A stretch of 64,000 nt of DNA from Octopus vulgaris (GCA_951406725.2 CATOCA020000001.1:5332001-5396000), one strand, 5' to 3'; positions 13,917 through 27,005 are shown, numbered from the stretch's first letter. The notes: generated by a model from the letters alone, not told the origin. Numbers and translations are program-made.

Positions 13917-15374
13917 CGAAGAAGAAAAAGAAGAAAAAAGAAAAAGGAGCAGGAGAGGAGGGGGAGGAAGAGAATTACAAGAAGAAATAGGAGGAGGAGG
14001 GGCGGAGTGGAGGGGGAAGAGAATTTAAAGAAGAAAATGAAGAATAATAATAAGAAAAAATATTAGAAGAGGAAGGAGGAGGAGGACCAAGAGGAGGAGG
14101 AGGACCAGGAGGAGGAGGAGGACCAGGAGGAGGAGGAGAAATAGAAGAAAAAGAAAAGAAGAGAAGAAGAAGAAGAAGAAGATGAAGTAGAAGTGGAAGA
14201 AAGAAAAGAAGAAGAAGAAGAAGAAGAAGAAGGAGGAGGAGGCAGAAGACGAAATGACAAAAAGATGATGAAAAAGGCAGAGAAGGAGAAGTAGAATAAG
14301 AAAAAGAACAAAAAGAAGAAGAAGAAGAAGAAGAAGAAGAAGAAGAAGAAGAAGAAGAAGAAGAAGAAGACGAAGAAGAAGACACATTGAAAATCATGGT
14401 GTTTAAGATGAAACTGAAAATATTTTCGAAATATCAGGAAATAATTCAAGGATAGAATGAAAAATTTTGGGCGAAAAGACATGGCTGAAAAATCAGGGAA
14501 TATACGGAATCAGAAATCAACATATTCAAATGCACTCATACGCATTCTTATATTCATAGTATCAACGACGGAATGCGGTATGCACACTCACATCACACAT
14601 ATTCCCACTCACCCTTGTGGAAATATGGTGAGAGAGATTATTTATTTCATATCGCTTCATTGTCACAAGAATATTAGAAAACACACGCTTACAAGAAATA
14701 TATCAGCAGTTTAATTGTATCAGGCCAAATATTCCAGCTTACAAGTACAGTAAGTATTTCAGGTTTACAGATAGAATGTATGTGACTATATTATTCGAAT
14801 ATATATTTTCCGCTTCCACTTCAGTTGCTCTATTACATAAATAACGTGAAGTGAATGACAAAATTCGAAGTTGAATGATAATATCGAAACACGAAGGAGA
14901 ATATTGAAATAAGAAATGGAGGAGGATGTAAAATATAAAATAAAGGAATAATATAGTCACATTTCACACAGAACTACACTTATATATGAACATACACATA
15001 TACTTCAGCTAAAAATATTTGATGCAAACATGTAAACTCACAAACGTTACCATTTCTAATACAAATTCATATCAAAATCATTGAAATTTGGGGAACAAAA
15101 ATGAGTTATTGAGATGCGAATTGAAACAAAGCAACTACAATAAAGGAACATTATATTTTTCCTATTATTTCACTTTCTCTCTCAAATTCTCTCTCTTTCT
15201 TTCACATTGTCTCGCTCTCTCATATTCTCTTTGTATATTCCTAAATCGTGTTCATTCTACAAATTTGAATTGATTTTGTTTGGTTCAGTCTGAAATTTTA
15301 TACATTTGTGAGCTTATATATCAGCATCAATTATTACTTTCGGAAAATAGTATCAAGAAACTGAACGAACTTAC

Positions 15375-15444
15375 AATCTTTAAATTTGAAAGCCCCGTAA
15401 ATGCTCCTTCTTTGATGGTTGCAATGTTGTTCCCTCCAAGATCT
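15375..15444 (-). CDS. LRR exon 5, only 70 nt (2-nt deletion, frameshifting if included): (L)DLGGNNIATIKEGAFTGLSNLK...
   Basis: Splice sites intact, but the + strand reads aatcttt where siblings have 9 nt (e.g. aatcccttt). May be a pseudo-exon or an assembly error. Confidence 0.75.
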
Positions 15445-16632
15445 CTATAGCAGTAAAGAAAGAGTAAAATAGATTATATGGAAAATATTTGTGATACGAC
15501 ATCAAACACTGTGACTTGAGAATGAAAGGAAGAAAAGGCAGAAAGATAACGAAGAAGAAAAGGAAGAAGAAGAAGGAAGAGGAGGAGGCGAAGAAGAATT
15601 AGAAGAAGAAAGGAGAAGAGGTAGAAGAAAAAGAAGAGCAAGAAGGAATAGGAGGAAAAAGGAGGAGGATGCTGATAAAAGGGAAGAAGATGTAGGAGAA
15701 AAAGTAAAAGAAGGAGAAGGAGGGAGAGGAGGAGGAGGAAGAGAATAACAAGAAGAAGAAGATAAGAATAAGAAAGACGAGGAAGAGGAGGAGGAGAAGT
15801 AGATGAAGAAGTAGAAAGAAGAAAGGAGAATAAGAAGAAGAAGGAGAAGAAGAAGGAGAAGAAGAAGAAGAAGAAGAAGACGAAAAAGAAGGAGGATGAG
15901 GAGGGGGAGGAGAAGAAGAAGAATTGCAAGAAGAAGGAAGGGAAGAACAAGAAGAAGAAGACGTAGAAGAAGTTGAAGCAGGAAAAAGAAGAAGATGAAG
16001 AAGAAGAAGAAGGAGGAGGAGGAGGAGGAGAAGGTGAAAGAGAATAACAAAAACAGAAGTTAAGAAGGAGAAGGAGGAGGAGGTGATGTAGAAGAAGAAT
16101 AAAAAGGAAGAGGAGGAAAAAGGAGGAGGAGTAGGTGTAAGAAGGGGGAGAATATGTAGGAGAAGATGAAAAAGAAGAAGAAGATGAAGGAGAAGGAGGA
16201 GGAGGATGAGAATAATTAAAAGAAGAATATAAGAAGAAAGAGGGGTAGGAGGAGAAGTAGATGTAGAAGTAGAAAGAAGAAGAAGAATATAAGAAGAAAA
16301 AAAGAAATAGAAGAATGAGAAGAAGAAAAGAAAAAGAAGGAGGAGGAGGAAAAGAAGAAGAAGAATTAGAAGAAGAAGCAGAAGAAGAAGAAAAGGAGCA
16401 GGAGTGGAAGGGAGGAGGAGAATTACAAGAAGAAAAAGGAGGAGGAGGGGCAGAGAGGATTGGGTAGAAAAAAAGAAGATGAAAAAAAGAAGTAGAAGAG
16501 GGGAGAGGAAAAAGGAGGAGGAAGAGGATGATAGGGAAAAAGTAGGTGTAGAAGAAAAAGAATAAGAATAAGAATAAGAAGAAGGAGGAGGAGGAGGAAG
16601 GGTTGATGAAGAAGTTGAAAGTAGAAGAAGAA

Positions 16633-16664
<32 letters not shown>

Positions 16665-18154
16665 CGAAGAAGAAAAAGAAGAAAAAAGAAAAAGGAGCAG
16701 GAGAGGAGGGGGAGGAAGAGAATTACAAGAAGAAATAGGAGGAGGAGGGGCGGAGTGGAGGGGGAAGAGAATTTAAAGAAGAAAATGAAGAATAATAATA
16801 AGAAAAATATTAGAAGAGGAAGGAGGAGGAGGACCTGGAGTAGGAGGAGGAGGACCAGGAGGAGGAGGAGAAATAGAAGAAAAAGAAAAGAAGAGAAGAA
16901 GAAGAAGAAGATGAAGTAGAATTGGACGAAAGAAAAGAAGAAGAAGAAGAAGAAGAAGAAGAAGAAGAAGGAGGAGGAGGCAGAAGACGAAATGACAAAA
17001 AGATGATGAAAAAGGCAGAGAAGGAGAAGTAGAATAAGATAAAGAACAAAAAGAAGAAGGAGAAGAAGAAGAAGAAGAAGAAGAAGAAGAAGAAGAAGAA
17101 GAAAAAGAAGAAGAAGAAGAAGAAGAAGAAGAAAAAGAAGAAGAAGAAGACGAAGAAGAAGACACATTGAAAATCATGGTGTTTAAGATGAAACTGAAAA
17201 TGTTCTCAAAACATCAGGAAATAATAAAAGGATAGAATGAAAAATTTTGGGCGAGAAGACATGGCTGAAAAATCAGGGAATATACGGAATCAGAAATCAA
17301 CATATTCAAATGCACTCATACGCATTCTTATATTCATAGTATCAACGACGGAATGCGCTATGCACACTCACATCACACATATTCCCACTCACCCTTGTGG
17401 AAATATGGTGAGAGAGATTATTTATTTCATATCGCTTCATTGTCACAAGAATATTAGAAAACACACGCTTACAAGAAATATATCAGCAGTTTAATTGTAT
17501 CAGGCCAAATATTCCAGCTTACAAGTACAGTAAGTATTTCAGGTTTACAGATAGAATGTATGTGACTATATTATTCGAATATATATTTTCCGCTTCCACT
17601 TCAGTTGCTCTATTACATAAATAACGTGAAGTGAATGACAAAATTCGAAGTTGAATGATAATATCGAAACACGAAGGAGAATATTGAAATAAGAAATGGA
17701 GGAGGATGCAAAATATAAAATAAAGGAATAATATAGTCACATTTCACACAGAACTACACTTATATATGAACATACACATATACTTCAGCTAAAAATATTT
17801 GATGCAAACATGTAAACTCACAAACGTTACCATTTCTAATACAAATTCATATCAAAATCATTGAAATTTGGGGAACAAAAATGAGTTATTGAGATGCGAA
17901 TTGAAACAAAGCAACTACAATAAAGGAACATTATATTTTCCCTATTATTTCACTTTCTCCCTCAAATTCTCTCTCTTTCTTTCACATTGTCTCGCTCTCT
18001 CATATTCTCTTTGTATCTTCCTAAATCGTGTTCGATCCTCAAATTTGAATTAATTTTGTTTAGTTCAGTCTGAAATTTTCTACATTTGTGAGCTTATATA
18101 TCAACATCAATTATTACTTTCGGAAAATAGTATCAAGAAACTGAACGAACTTAC

Positions 18155-18226
18155 AATTCTTTTAAATTCGAAAGCCCCGTGAATGCACCTTCTTTGATGG
18201 TTGAAATGTTGTTCTCGTTCAGAGCT
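18155..18226 (-). CDS. LRR exon 4, 72 nt: ALNENNISTIKEGAFTGLSNLKE(L)
   Basis: Canonical AG/GT boundaries, 72 nt, LRR consensus. Confidence 0.92.
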
Positions 18227-20829
18227 CTATAGCAGTAAAGAAAGAGTAAAATAGATTATATGGAAAATATTTGTGATGCGACATCAAACACTGTGACTTC
18301 AGAATGAAAGGAAGAAAAGGCAGAAAGATTACGAAGAAGAAAAGGAAGAAGATGAAGGAGGAGGAGGAGGAGGAGGCGAAGAAGAAGAAAAGGAGGAAGA
18401 AGAATTAGTAGAAGAAGAAAGGAGAAGAAGGAGAAGAAAAAGAAGAGGAAGAAGGTATAGGAGGAAAAAGGAGGAGGAGGATGGTAAAAGGGAAGAAGTA
18501 GAAGCGGAAAAAGTAAAAGAAGAAGGAGGAGGAGGAGGATGACAAGTAGATGAAGAAGTAGAAAGAAGAAGAAGAAGAAGAAGAAGAAAAAGAAAAAGAA
18601 GAAGAAGAAAATGAAGGAGGATGAGGAGGGGGAGAGGAAGAAGTAGAATTGAAGAAGAAGAAAGAAGAGAAGAACAAGAAGAAGACGTAGAAGAAGTAGA
18701 AGAAGGAAAAAGAAAAAGAAGATGAAGAAGGATGAGGAGGAGTAGGAGTAGGAGAAGGAGAAGAAGAAGTAGAAAGAAGGAGAGGAAGAAAAATAAGAAG
18801 AAGAAGAAGAAGAAGAAGGAAGAGGAGGAGGAGGAGAATGATGGGGAAGAATAAGTAGAAGATGAAAAAGAAGAAGATGAAGGAGGAGGAGGATAAGAAT
18901 AACAAAAAGAAGAATATAAGAAGAAGAAAGAGGAGTAGGAGGAGAAGTAAATGTTGAAGTAGAAAGTAGTAGAAGAAGAAGGAGAAGAAGTATAAGAAGA
19001 AAAAAGAGTAGAAAAATGAGAAGAAGAAAAGAAAAAGGAGGAGGAGGAAAAGAAGAAGAAGAAGAAGACGCAGAAGAAGAAGAAAAAGAAGCGGGAGAGG
19101 ACGGGGAGGAGGAGAATTACAAGAAAAAAAGGTGGAGGAGGGGCGGAGAGGATAGGGAAGAAAGAAAGAAGAGGAAAGAAGAAGTAGAAGAAGGAAGAGG
19201 AAAAGGAGGAGGAAGCAATGAAGGGGAAAAGTAGGAGTAGAAGAAAAAGAAGAAGAATAAGAAAAAGAAGGAGGAGGAGTTGAAAAAGTTGAAAGTAGAA
19301 GAGGATGTAGGAGAAGAAGAAGAAGAAATAAGTAGAAGCGAGAGAAGATGAAAAAGAATAAGGAGAACGAGAAGAAAAAGAAGAAGAATAAGAAGACGAA
19401 GAAGAAGAAGAAAAACGAGCAGGAGAGGAGGGGAGGAGGAGAATTACAAGAAGAAAAATGAGGAGGAGGGGCGGAGTGGAGGGGAAGAGAATTTAAAGAA
19501 GAAAATGAAGAATAAGAAGAAGAAAGAAATTAGAAGAAGAAGGAGTAGGAGGAGTAGAAGTAGAAGAAAAAGAAAAGAAGAGAAGAAGAAGAAGAAGGAA
19601 AAGAAGAAAAAGAAGAGAAGAAAAAGAAGGAGGAGAAGGAGCAGCAGGAGGAGAGGAAGAAGAAGAAGAAGAAGAAAGAAGAAGAAGAAGAAGAAGAAGA
19701 AGAAGAAGGACAAAAAGAAGAAGAATTGAAGAAAATGAAGGAGGACGAGGAGGAACAGGAGGAGAGGCAGAGGAAGAAGGAGAAGAAGAAGAAGAAGAAG
19801 AAGAAGAAGAAGAAGAAGAAGAAGAAGAAGAAGAAGATACATTGAAAATCATGTTGTTAAAGACAAAACTGAAAATGTTCTCAGAATATCAGAAAATAAT
19901 TCAAGGATAGAACGATAAATTTTGGGCGAGAAGACATGGCTGAAAAATCAGGGAATATACGGAATCAGAAATCAACATATTCAATTGCACTCATACGCAT
20001 TCTTATATTCATAGTATCAACGACGGAATGCGGTATGCACACTCACATCACACATATTCCCACTCACCCTTGTGGAAATATGGTGAGAGAGATTATTTAT
20101 TTCATATCGCTTCATTGTCACAAGAATATTAGAAAACACACGCTTACAAGAAATATATCAGCAGTTTAATTGTATCAGGCGAAATATTCCAGCTTACAAG
20201 TACAGTAAGTATTTCAGGTTTACAGATAGAATGTATGTGACCATATTATTCGAATATATATTTTCCGCTTCCACTTCAATTGCTCTATTACATAAATAAC
20301 GTGACGTGAATGACAAAATTCGAAGTTGAATGATAATATCGAAACACGAAGGAGAATATTGAAATAAGAAATGGAGGAGGATGTAAAATATAAAATAAAG
20401 GAATGATATAGTCACATTTCACACAGAACTACACTTATATATGAACATACACATATACTTCAGCTAAAAATATTTGATGCAAACATGTAAACTAACAAAC
20501 GTTACCATTTCTAATACAAATTCATATCAAAATCATTGAAATTTGGGGAACAAAACTGAGTTATTGAGATGCGAATTGAAACAAAGCAACTACAATAAAG
20601 GAACATTATATTTTTCCCATTATTTCACTTTCTCTCTCAAATTCTCTCTCTTTCTTTCACATTGTCTCGCTCTCTCATATTCTCTTTGTATATTCCTAAA
20701 TCGTGTTCATTCTACAAATTTGAATTAATTTTGTTTAGTTCAGTCTGAAATATTATACATTTGTGAGCTTATATATCAGCATCAATTATTACTTTCGGAA
20801 AATAGTATCAAGAAACTGAACGAACTTAC

Positions 20830-20901
20830 ATTGCGTTTAAATTTGAAAGCCCCGTGAATGCTCCTTCTTTCATGGTTGAAATGTTGTTCTCGTTCAGAGT
20901 T
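20830..20901 (-). CDS. LRR exon 3, 72 nt: (L)TLNENNISTMKEGAFTGLSNLNA(I)
   Basis: ag|A acceptor, AT|gtaagt donor; the split codon AT+A gives Ile. Confidence 0.92.
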
Positions 20902-23673
20902 CTATAGCAGTAAAGAAAGAGTAAAATAGATTATATGGAAAATATTTGTGATACAACATCAAACACTGTGACTTGAGAATGAAAGGAAGAAAAAGAAGAA
21001 AGATAACGAAGAAGAAAAGGAAGAAGAAGAAGGAAGAGGATGAGGCGAAGAAGAATTAGAAGAAGAAAGGAGAAGAGGTAGAAGAAAAAGAAGAGCTAGA
21101 AGTAATAGGAGGAAAAAGGAGGAGGAGGCTGATAAAAGGGAAGAAGATGTAGGAGAAAAAGTAAAAGAAGGAGAAGGAGGGGGAGGAGGAGGAGGAAGAG
21201 AATAACAAGAAGAAGAAGATAAGAATAAGAAAGACGAGGAAGAGGAGGAGGAGAAGTAAATGAAGAAGTAGAAAGAAGAAAGGAGAAGAAGAAGAAGAAG
21301 GAGAAGAAGAAGGAGAAGAAGAAGACGAAAAAGAAGGAGGATGAGGAGGGGGAGGGGAAGAAGAAGAACTGCAAGAAAAAGGAAGGGAAGAACAAGAAGA
21401 AGACGTAGAAGAAGTTGAAGCAGGAAAAAGAAGAAGATGAAGAAGAAGAAGGAGGAGGAGGAGGAGGAGGAGGAGAAAGAGAATAACAAAAACAGAAGTT
21501 AAGAAGGAGAAGGAGGAGGAGGAGAAGAAGGAGAAAGAGAATAACAAAAACAGAAGTTAAGAAGGAGAAGGAGGAGGAGGCGGAGATGTAGAAGAAGAAG
21601 AAGAAGAAGGAGAAGGAAGAGGAGGATAAATGAGGAGGAGTAGAAGTATGAAGGGGGAGAATAAGTAGGAGAAGATGAAAAAGAAGAAGAAGATGAAGGA
21701 GGAGGAGGAGGAGGAGGATGAGAATAACAAAAAGAAGAATATAAGAAGAAGAAAGAGGGGTAGGAGGAGAAGTAGATAAAGAAGTAGAAAGAAGAAGAAG
21801 AATATGAGAAGAAAAAAAAGAAATAGAAGAATGAGAAGAAGAAAAGAAAAGGAAGGAGGAGGAGGAAAAGAAGAAGAAGAATTAGAAGAAGAAGCAGAAG
21901 AATAAGAAAAGGAGCAGGAGTGGAAGTGAGGAAGAGAATTAGAAGAAGAAAGAGGAGGAGGAGGGGCGGAGAGGATTGGGTAGAAAAAAGATGAAAAAAA
22001 GAAGTAGAAGAAGGAAGAGGAAAAAGGAGGAAGAAGATGATGATAGGGAAAAAGTAGGTGTAGAAGAAAAAGAATAAGAATAAGAATAAGAAGAAGGAGG
22101 AGGAGGAGGGAGGGTAGATGAAGAGGTTGAAAGTAGAAGAAGAAGAAGAAGAGGAAGAGAAGAAGACGAAGAAGAAGAAGACGAAGAAGAAGAATAATAA
22201 GAAGAAGACGGAGAAGAAAAAGAAAAGAAAGGAGCAGGAGAGGAGGGGGAGGAAGAGAATTACAAGAAGAAATAGGGGGAGGAGGGGCAGAGTGGAGGGG
22301 GAAGAGAATTTAAAGAAGAAAATGAAGAATAATAATAAGAAAAATATTAGAAGAGGAAGGAGGAGGAGGAGCAGGAGGAGGAGGAGGACCAGGAGGAGGA
22401 GGAGGAGGAGGAGGAGGAGGAGGAGGTGAAATAGAAGAAAAAGAAAAGAAGAGAAGAAGAAGAAGAAGTAGATGAGTGTAGAAGTGGAAGAAAGAAAAGA
22501 AGAAGAAGAAGAAGAAGAAGAAGAAGAAGAAGGAGGAGGAGGAGGCAGAAGACGAAATGACAAAAAGATGATGAAAAAGGCAGAGAAGGAGAAGTAGAAT
22601 AAAAGAAGAACAAAAAGAAGAAGAAGGAGAAGACGAAGAAGAAGAAGAAGAAGAAGAAGAAGAAGAAGACGAAGGAGATGACACATTGAAAATCATAGTT
22701 TTTAAGATGAAACTGAAAATATTTTCGAAACATCAGGAAATAATTCAAGGATAGAATGAAAAATTTTGGGCGAGAAGACATGGCTGAAAAATCAGGGAAT
22801 ATACGGAATCAGAAATCAACATATTCAAATGCACTCATACGCATTCTTATATTCATAGTATCAACGACGGAATTCGGTATGCACACTCACATCACACATA
22901 TTCCCACTCACCCTTGTGGAAATATGGTGAGAGAGTTTATTTATTTCATATCGCTTCATTGTCACAAGAATATTAGAAAACACACGCTTACAAGAAATAT
23001 GTCAGCATTTTAATTGTATCAGACCAAATATTCCAGCTTACAAGTACAGTAAGTATTTCAGGTTTACAGATAGAATGTATGTGACTATATTATTCGAATA
23101 TATATTTTCCGCTTCCACTTCAGTTGCTCTATTACATAAATAACGTGAAGTGAATAACAAAATTCGAAGTTGAATGATAATATCGAAACACGAAGGAGAA
23201 TATTGAAATAAGAAATGGAGGAGGATGTAAAATATAAAATAAAGGAATAATATAGTCACATTTCACACAGAACTACACTTATATATGAACATACACATAT
23301 ACTTCAGCAAAAAATATTTGATGCAAACATGTAAACTAACAAACGTTACCATTTCTAATACAAATTCATATCAAAATCATTGAAATTTGGGGAACAAAAA
23401 TGAGTTATTGAGATGCGAATTGAAACAAAGCAACTACAATAAAGGAACATTATATTTTTCTTATTATTTCATTTTCTCTCTCAAATTCTCTCTCTTTCTT
23501 TCACATTGTCTCGCTCTCTCATATTCTCTTTGTATCTTCCTAAATCGTGTTCATTCTACAAATTTGAATTAATTTTGTTTAGTTCACTCTGAAATATTAT
23601 ACATTTGTGAGCTTATATATCAGCATCAATTATTACTTTCGGAAAATAGTATCAAGAAACTGAACGAACTTAC

Positions 23674-23745
23674 AATTCTTTTAAATTGGAAAGCCCCGTA
23701 AATGTACCTTCTTTGATGGTTGAAATGTTGTTGTTGTCAAGACGT
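23674..23745 (-). CDS. LRR exon 2, 72 nt: (L)RLDNNNISTIKEGTFTGLSNLKE(L)
   Basis: Same splice signals and phase as exon 1; typical 24-aa extracellular LRR. Confidence 0.92.
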
Positions 23746-26423
23746 CTATAGCAGTAAAGAAAGAGTAAAATCGATTATATGGAAAATATTTGTGATACAA
23801 CATCAAACACTGTGACTTGAGAATGAAAGGAAGAAAAAGAAGAAAGATAACGAAGAAGAAAAGGAAGAAGAAGAAGGAAGAGGAGGAGGCGAAGAAGAAT
23901 TAGAAGAAAGGAGAAGAGGTAGAAGAAAAAGAAGAGCAAGAAGGAATAGGAGGAAAAAGGAGGAGGAGGCTGATAAAAGGGAAGAAGATGTAGGAGAAAA
24001 AGTAAAAGAAGAAGAAGGAGGGGAGGAGGAGGAGGAAGAGAATAACAAGAAGAAGAAGATAAGAATAAGAAAGACGAGGAAGAGGAGGAGGAGAAGTAGA
24101 AAGAAGAAAGGAGAAGAAGAAGAAGGAGAAGAAGAAGGAGAAGAAGAAGAAGAAGAAAAAGAAGGAGGATAGGGAGGGGGAGGGGAAGAAGAAGAATTGC
24201 AAGAAGAAGGAAGGGAAGAACAAGAAGAAGACGTAGAAGAAGTTGAAGCAGGAAAATGAAGAAGAAGATGAAGAAGAAGAAGAAGGAGGAGGAGGAGGAG
24301 GAGGAGAAAGAGTATAACAAAAACAGAAGTTAAGAAGGAGAAGGAGGAGGAGGCGGAGATGTAGAAGAAGAAGAAGAAGAAGGAGAAGGAAGAGGAGGAT
24401 AAAGGAGGAGGAGTAGAAGTATGAAGGGGGAGAATAAGTAGGAGAAGATGAAAAAGAAGAAGAAGATGAAGGAGGAGGAGGAGGAGGAGGATGAGAATAA
24501 CAAAAAGAAGAATATAAGAAGAAGAAAGAGGGGTAGGAGGAGAAGTAGATAAAGAAGTAGAAAGAAGAAGAAGAATATAAGAAGAAAAAAAAGAAATAGA
24601 AGAATGAGAAGAAGAAAAGAAAAGGAAGGAGGAGGAGGAAAAGAAGAAGAAGAATTAGAAGAAGAAGCGGAAGAAGAAGAAAAGGAGCAGGAATGGAAGG
24701 GAGGAGGAGAATTAGAAGAAGAAAGAGGAGGAGGAGGGGCGGAGAGGATTGGGTAGAAAAAAAGAAGATGAAAATAAGAAGTAGAAGAAGGAAGAGGAAA
24801 AAGGAGGAGGAAGATGATGATAGGGAAAAAGTAGGTGTAGAAGAAAAAGAATAAGAATAAGAATAAGAAGAAGGAGGTGGAGGAGGAAGGGTTGATGAAG
24901 AAGTTGAAAGTAGAAGAAGAAGAAGAAGAGGAAGAAGAAGAAGACGAAGAAGAAAAAGAAGAAGAAGAAGAAGACGGAGAATAAAAAAGAAGAAAAAAGA
25001 AAAAGGAGCAGGAGAGGAGGGGGAGGAAGAGAATTACAAGAAGAAATAGTAGGAGGAGGGGCGGAGTGGAGGGGGAAGAGAATTTAAAGAAGAAAATGAA
25101 GAATAATAAGAAGAAAACTATTAGAAGAGGAAGGAGGAGGAGGACCAGGAGGAGGAGGAGGAGAAATAGAAGAAAAAGAAAAGAGAAGAAGAAGAAGAAG
25201 AAGAAGATGAAGTAGAAGTGGAAGAAAGAAAAGAAGAAGAAGAAGAAGAAGAAGGAGGAGGAGGAGGCAGAAGACGAAATGACAAAAAGATGATGAAAAA
25301 GGCAGAGAAGGAGAAGTAGAATAAGAAAAAGAACAAAAAGAAGAAGAAGGAGAAGAAGAAGGAGAAGAAGAAGAAGAAGAAGAAGAAGAAGAAGAAGAAG
25401 AAGAAGAAGAAGAAGAAGAAGAAGAAGAAGACACATTGAAAATCATGGTGTTTAAGATGAAACTGAAAATATTTTCGAAATATCAGGAAATAATTCAAGG
25501 ATAGAATGAAAAATTTTGGGCGAAAAAACATGGCAGAAAAATCAGGGAATATACGGAATCAGAAATCAACATATTCAATTGCACTCATACGCATTCTTAT
25601 ATTCATAGTATCAACGACGGAATGCGGTATGCACACTCACATCACACATATTCCCACTCACCCTTGGGGAAATATGGTGAGAGAGTTTATTTATTTCATA
25701 TCGCTTCATTGTCACAAGAATATTAGAAAACACACGCTTACAAGAAATATATCAGCAGTTTAATTGTATCAGGCCAAATATTCCAGCTTACAAGTACAGT
25801 AAGTATTTCAGGTTTACAGAAATAATGTATGTGACTATATTATTCGAATATATATTTACCGCTTCCACTTCAGTTGCTCTATTACATAAATAACGTGACG
25901 TGAATGACAAAATTCGAAGTTGAATGATAATATCGAAACACGAAGGAGAATATTGAAATAAGAAATGGAGGAGGATGTAAAATATAAAATAAAGAAATAA
26001 TATAGTCACATTTCACACAGAACTACACTTATATATGAACATACACATATACTTCAGCTAAAAATATTTGATGCAAACATGTAAACTAACAAACGTTACC
26101 ATTTCTAATACAAATTTATATCAAAATCATTGAAATTTGGGGAACAAAAATGAGTTATTGAGATGCGAATTGAAACAAAGCAACTACAATAAAGGAACAT
26201 TATATTTTCCCCATTATTTCATTTTCTCTCTCAAATTCTCTCTCTTTCTTTCACATTGTCTCGCTCTCTCATATTCTTTTTGTATCTTCCTAAATCGTGT
26301 TCATTCTACAAATTCGAATTGATTTTGTTTGGCGCAGTCTGAAATTTTATACATTTGTGAGCTTATATATCAGCATCAATTATTACTTTCGGATAATAGT
26401 ATCAAGAAACTGAACGAACTTAC

Positions 26424-26495
26424 AATACGTTTAAATTTGAAAGCCCCGTGAATGCTCCTTCTTTTATGGTTGCAATGCTGTTCCCTCCAAGATAT
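26424..26495 (-). CDS. LRR exon 1 in transcript order, 72 nt: (L)YLGGNSIATIKEGAFTGLSNLNV(L)
   Basis: Pyrimidine tract + ctatag|A acceptor, TT|gtaagt donor, open frame matching LxLxxNxIxxIxxxxFxxLxxLxxL. Confidence 0.92.
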
Positions 26496-26596
26496 CTATA
26501 GCAGTAAAGAAAGAGTAAAATAAATTATATGGAAAATATTTGTGATGCGACATCAAACACTTTGACTTCAGAATGAAAGGAAGAAAAAGAAGAAAG

Positions 26597-26628
<32 letters not shown>

Positions 26629-26974
26629 GAAGAAGAAGAAAAGAGAAGAAGAAGAGGAAGAGGAAGGAGAATTGACGAGGAGGTGGAGGAGGAGGAGGAG
26701 GTGGAGGAGGCGGAGGAGGTTGGAGGCGGAGGAGGTGGAGGAGGCGGAGGATGTGGAGGAGGAGGAGGAGGTGGAGGAGGCGGAGGAGGTTGAGAGGCGG
26801 GGATGTTAGGAGTAGGACAAAGGAAGGGATGACTGAGGAGGGGCAGCTGGGGTAGCAGCAGAAGGAGCAGGAAGAGCAGGAGGATGAGTATAAGAGGAAG
26901 AATTGGCAGAGAATGGAAAAGAGGGAGACAAGTGAGGAAGCAGAAAGTACAGAGAAGAAAAAGAAGAAAAAGAA

Positions 26975-27005
<31 letters not shown>

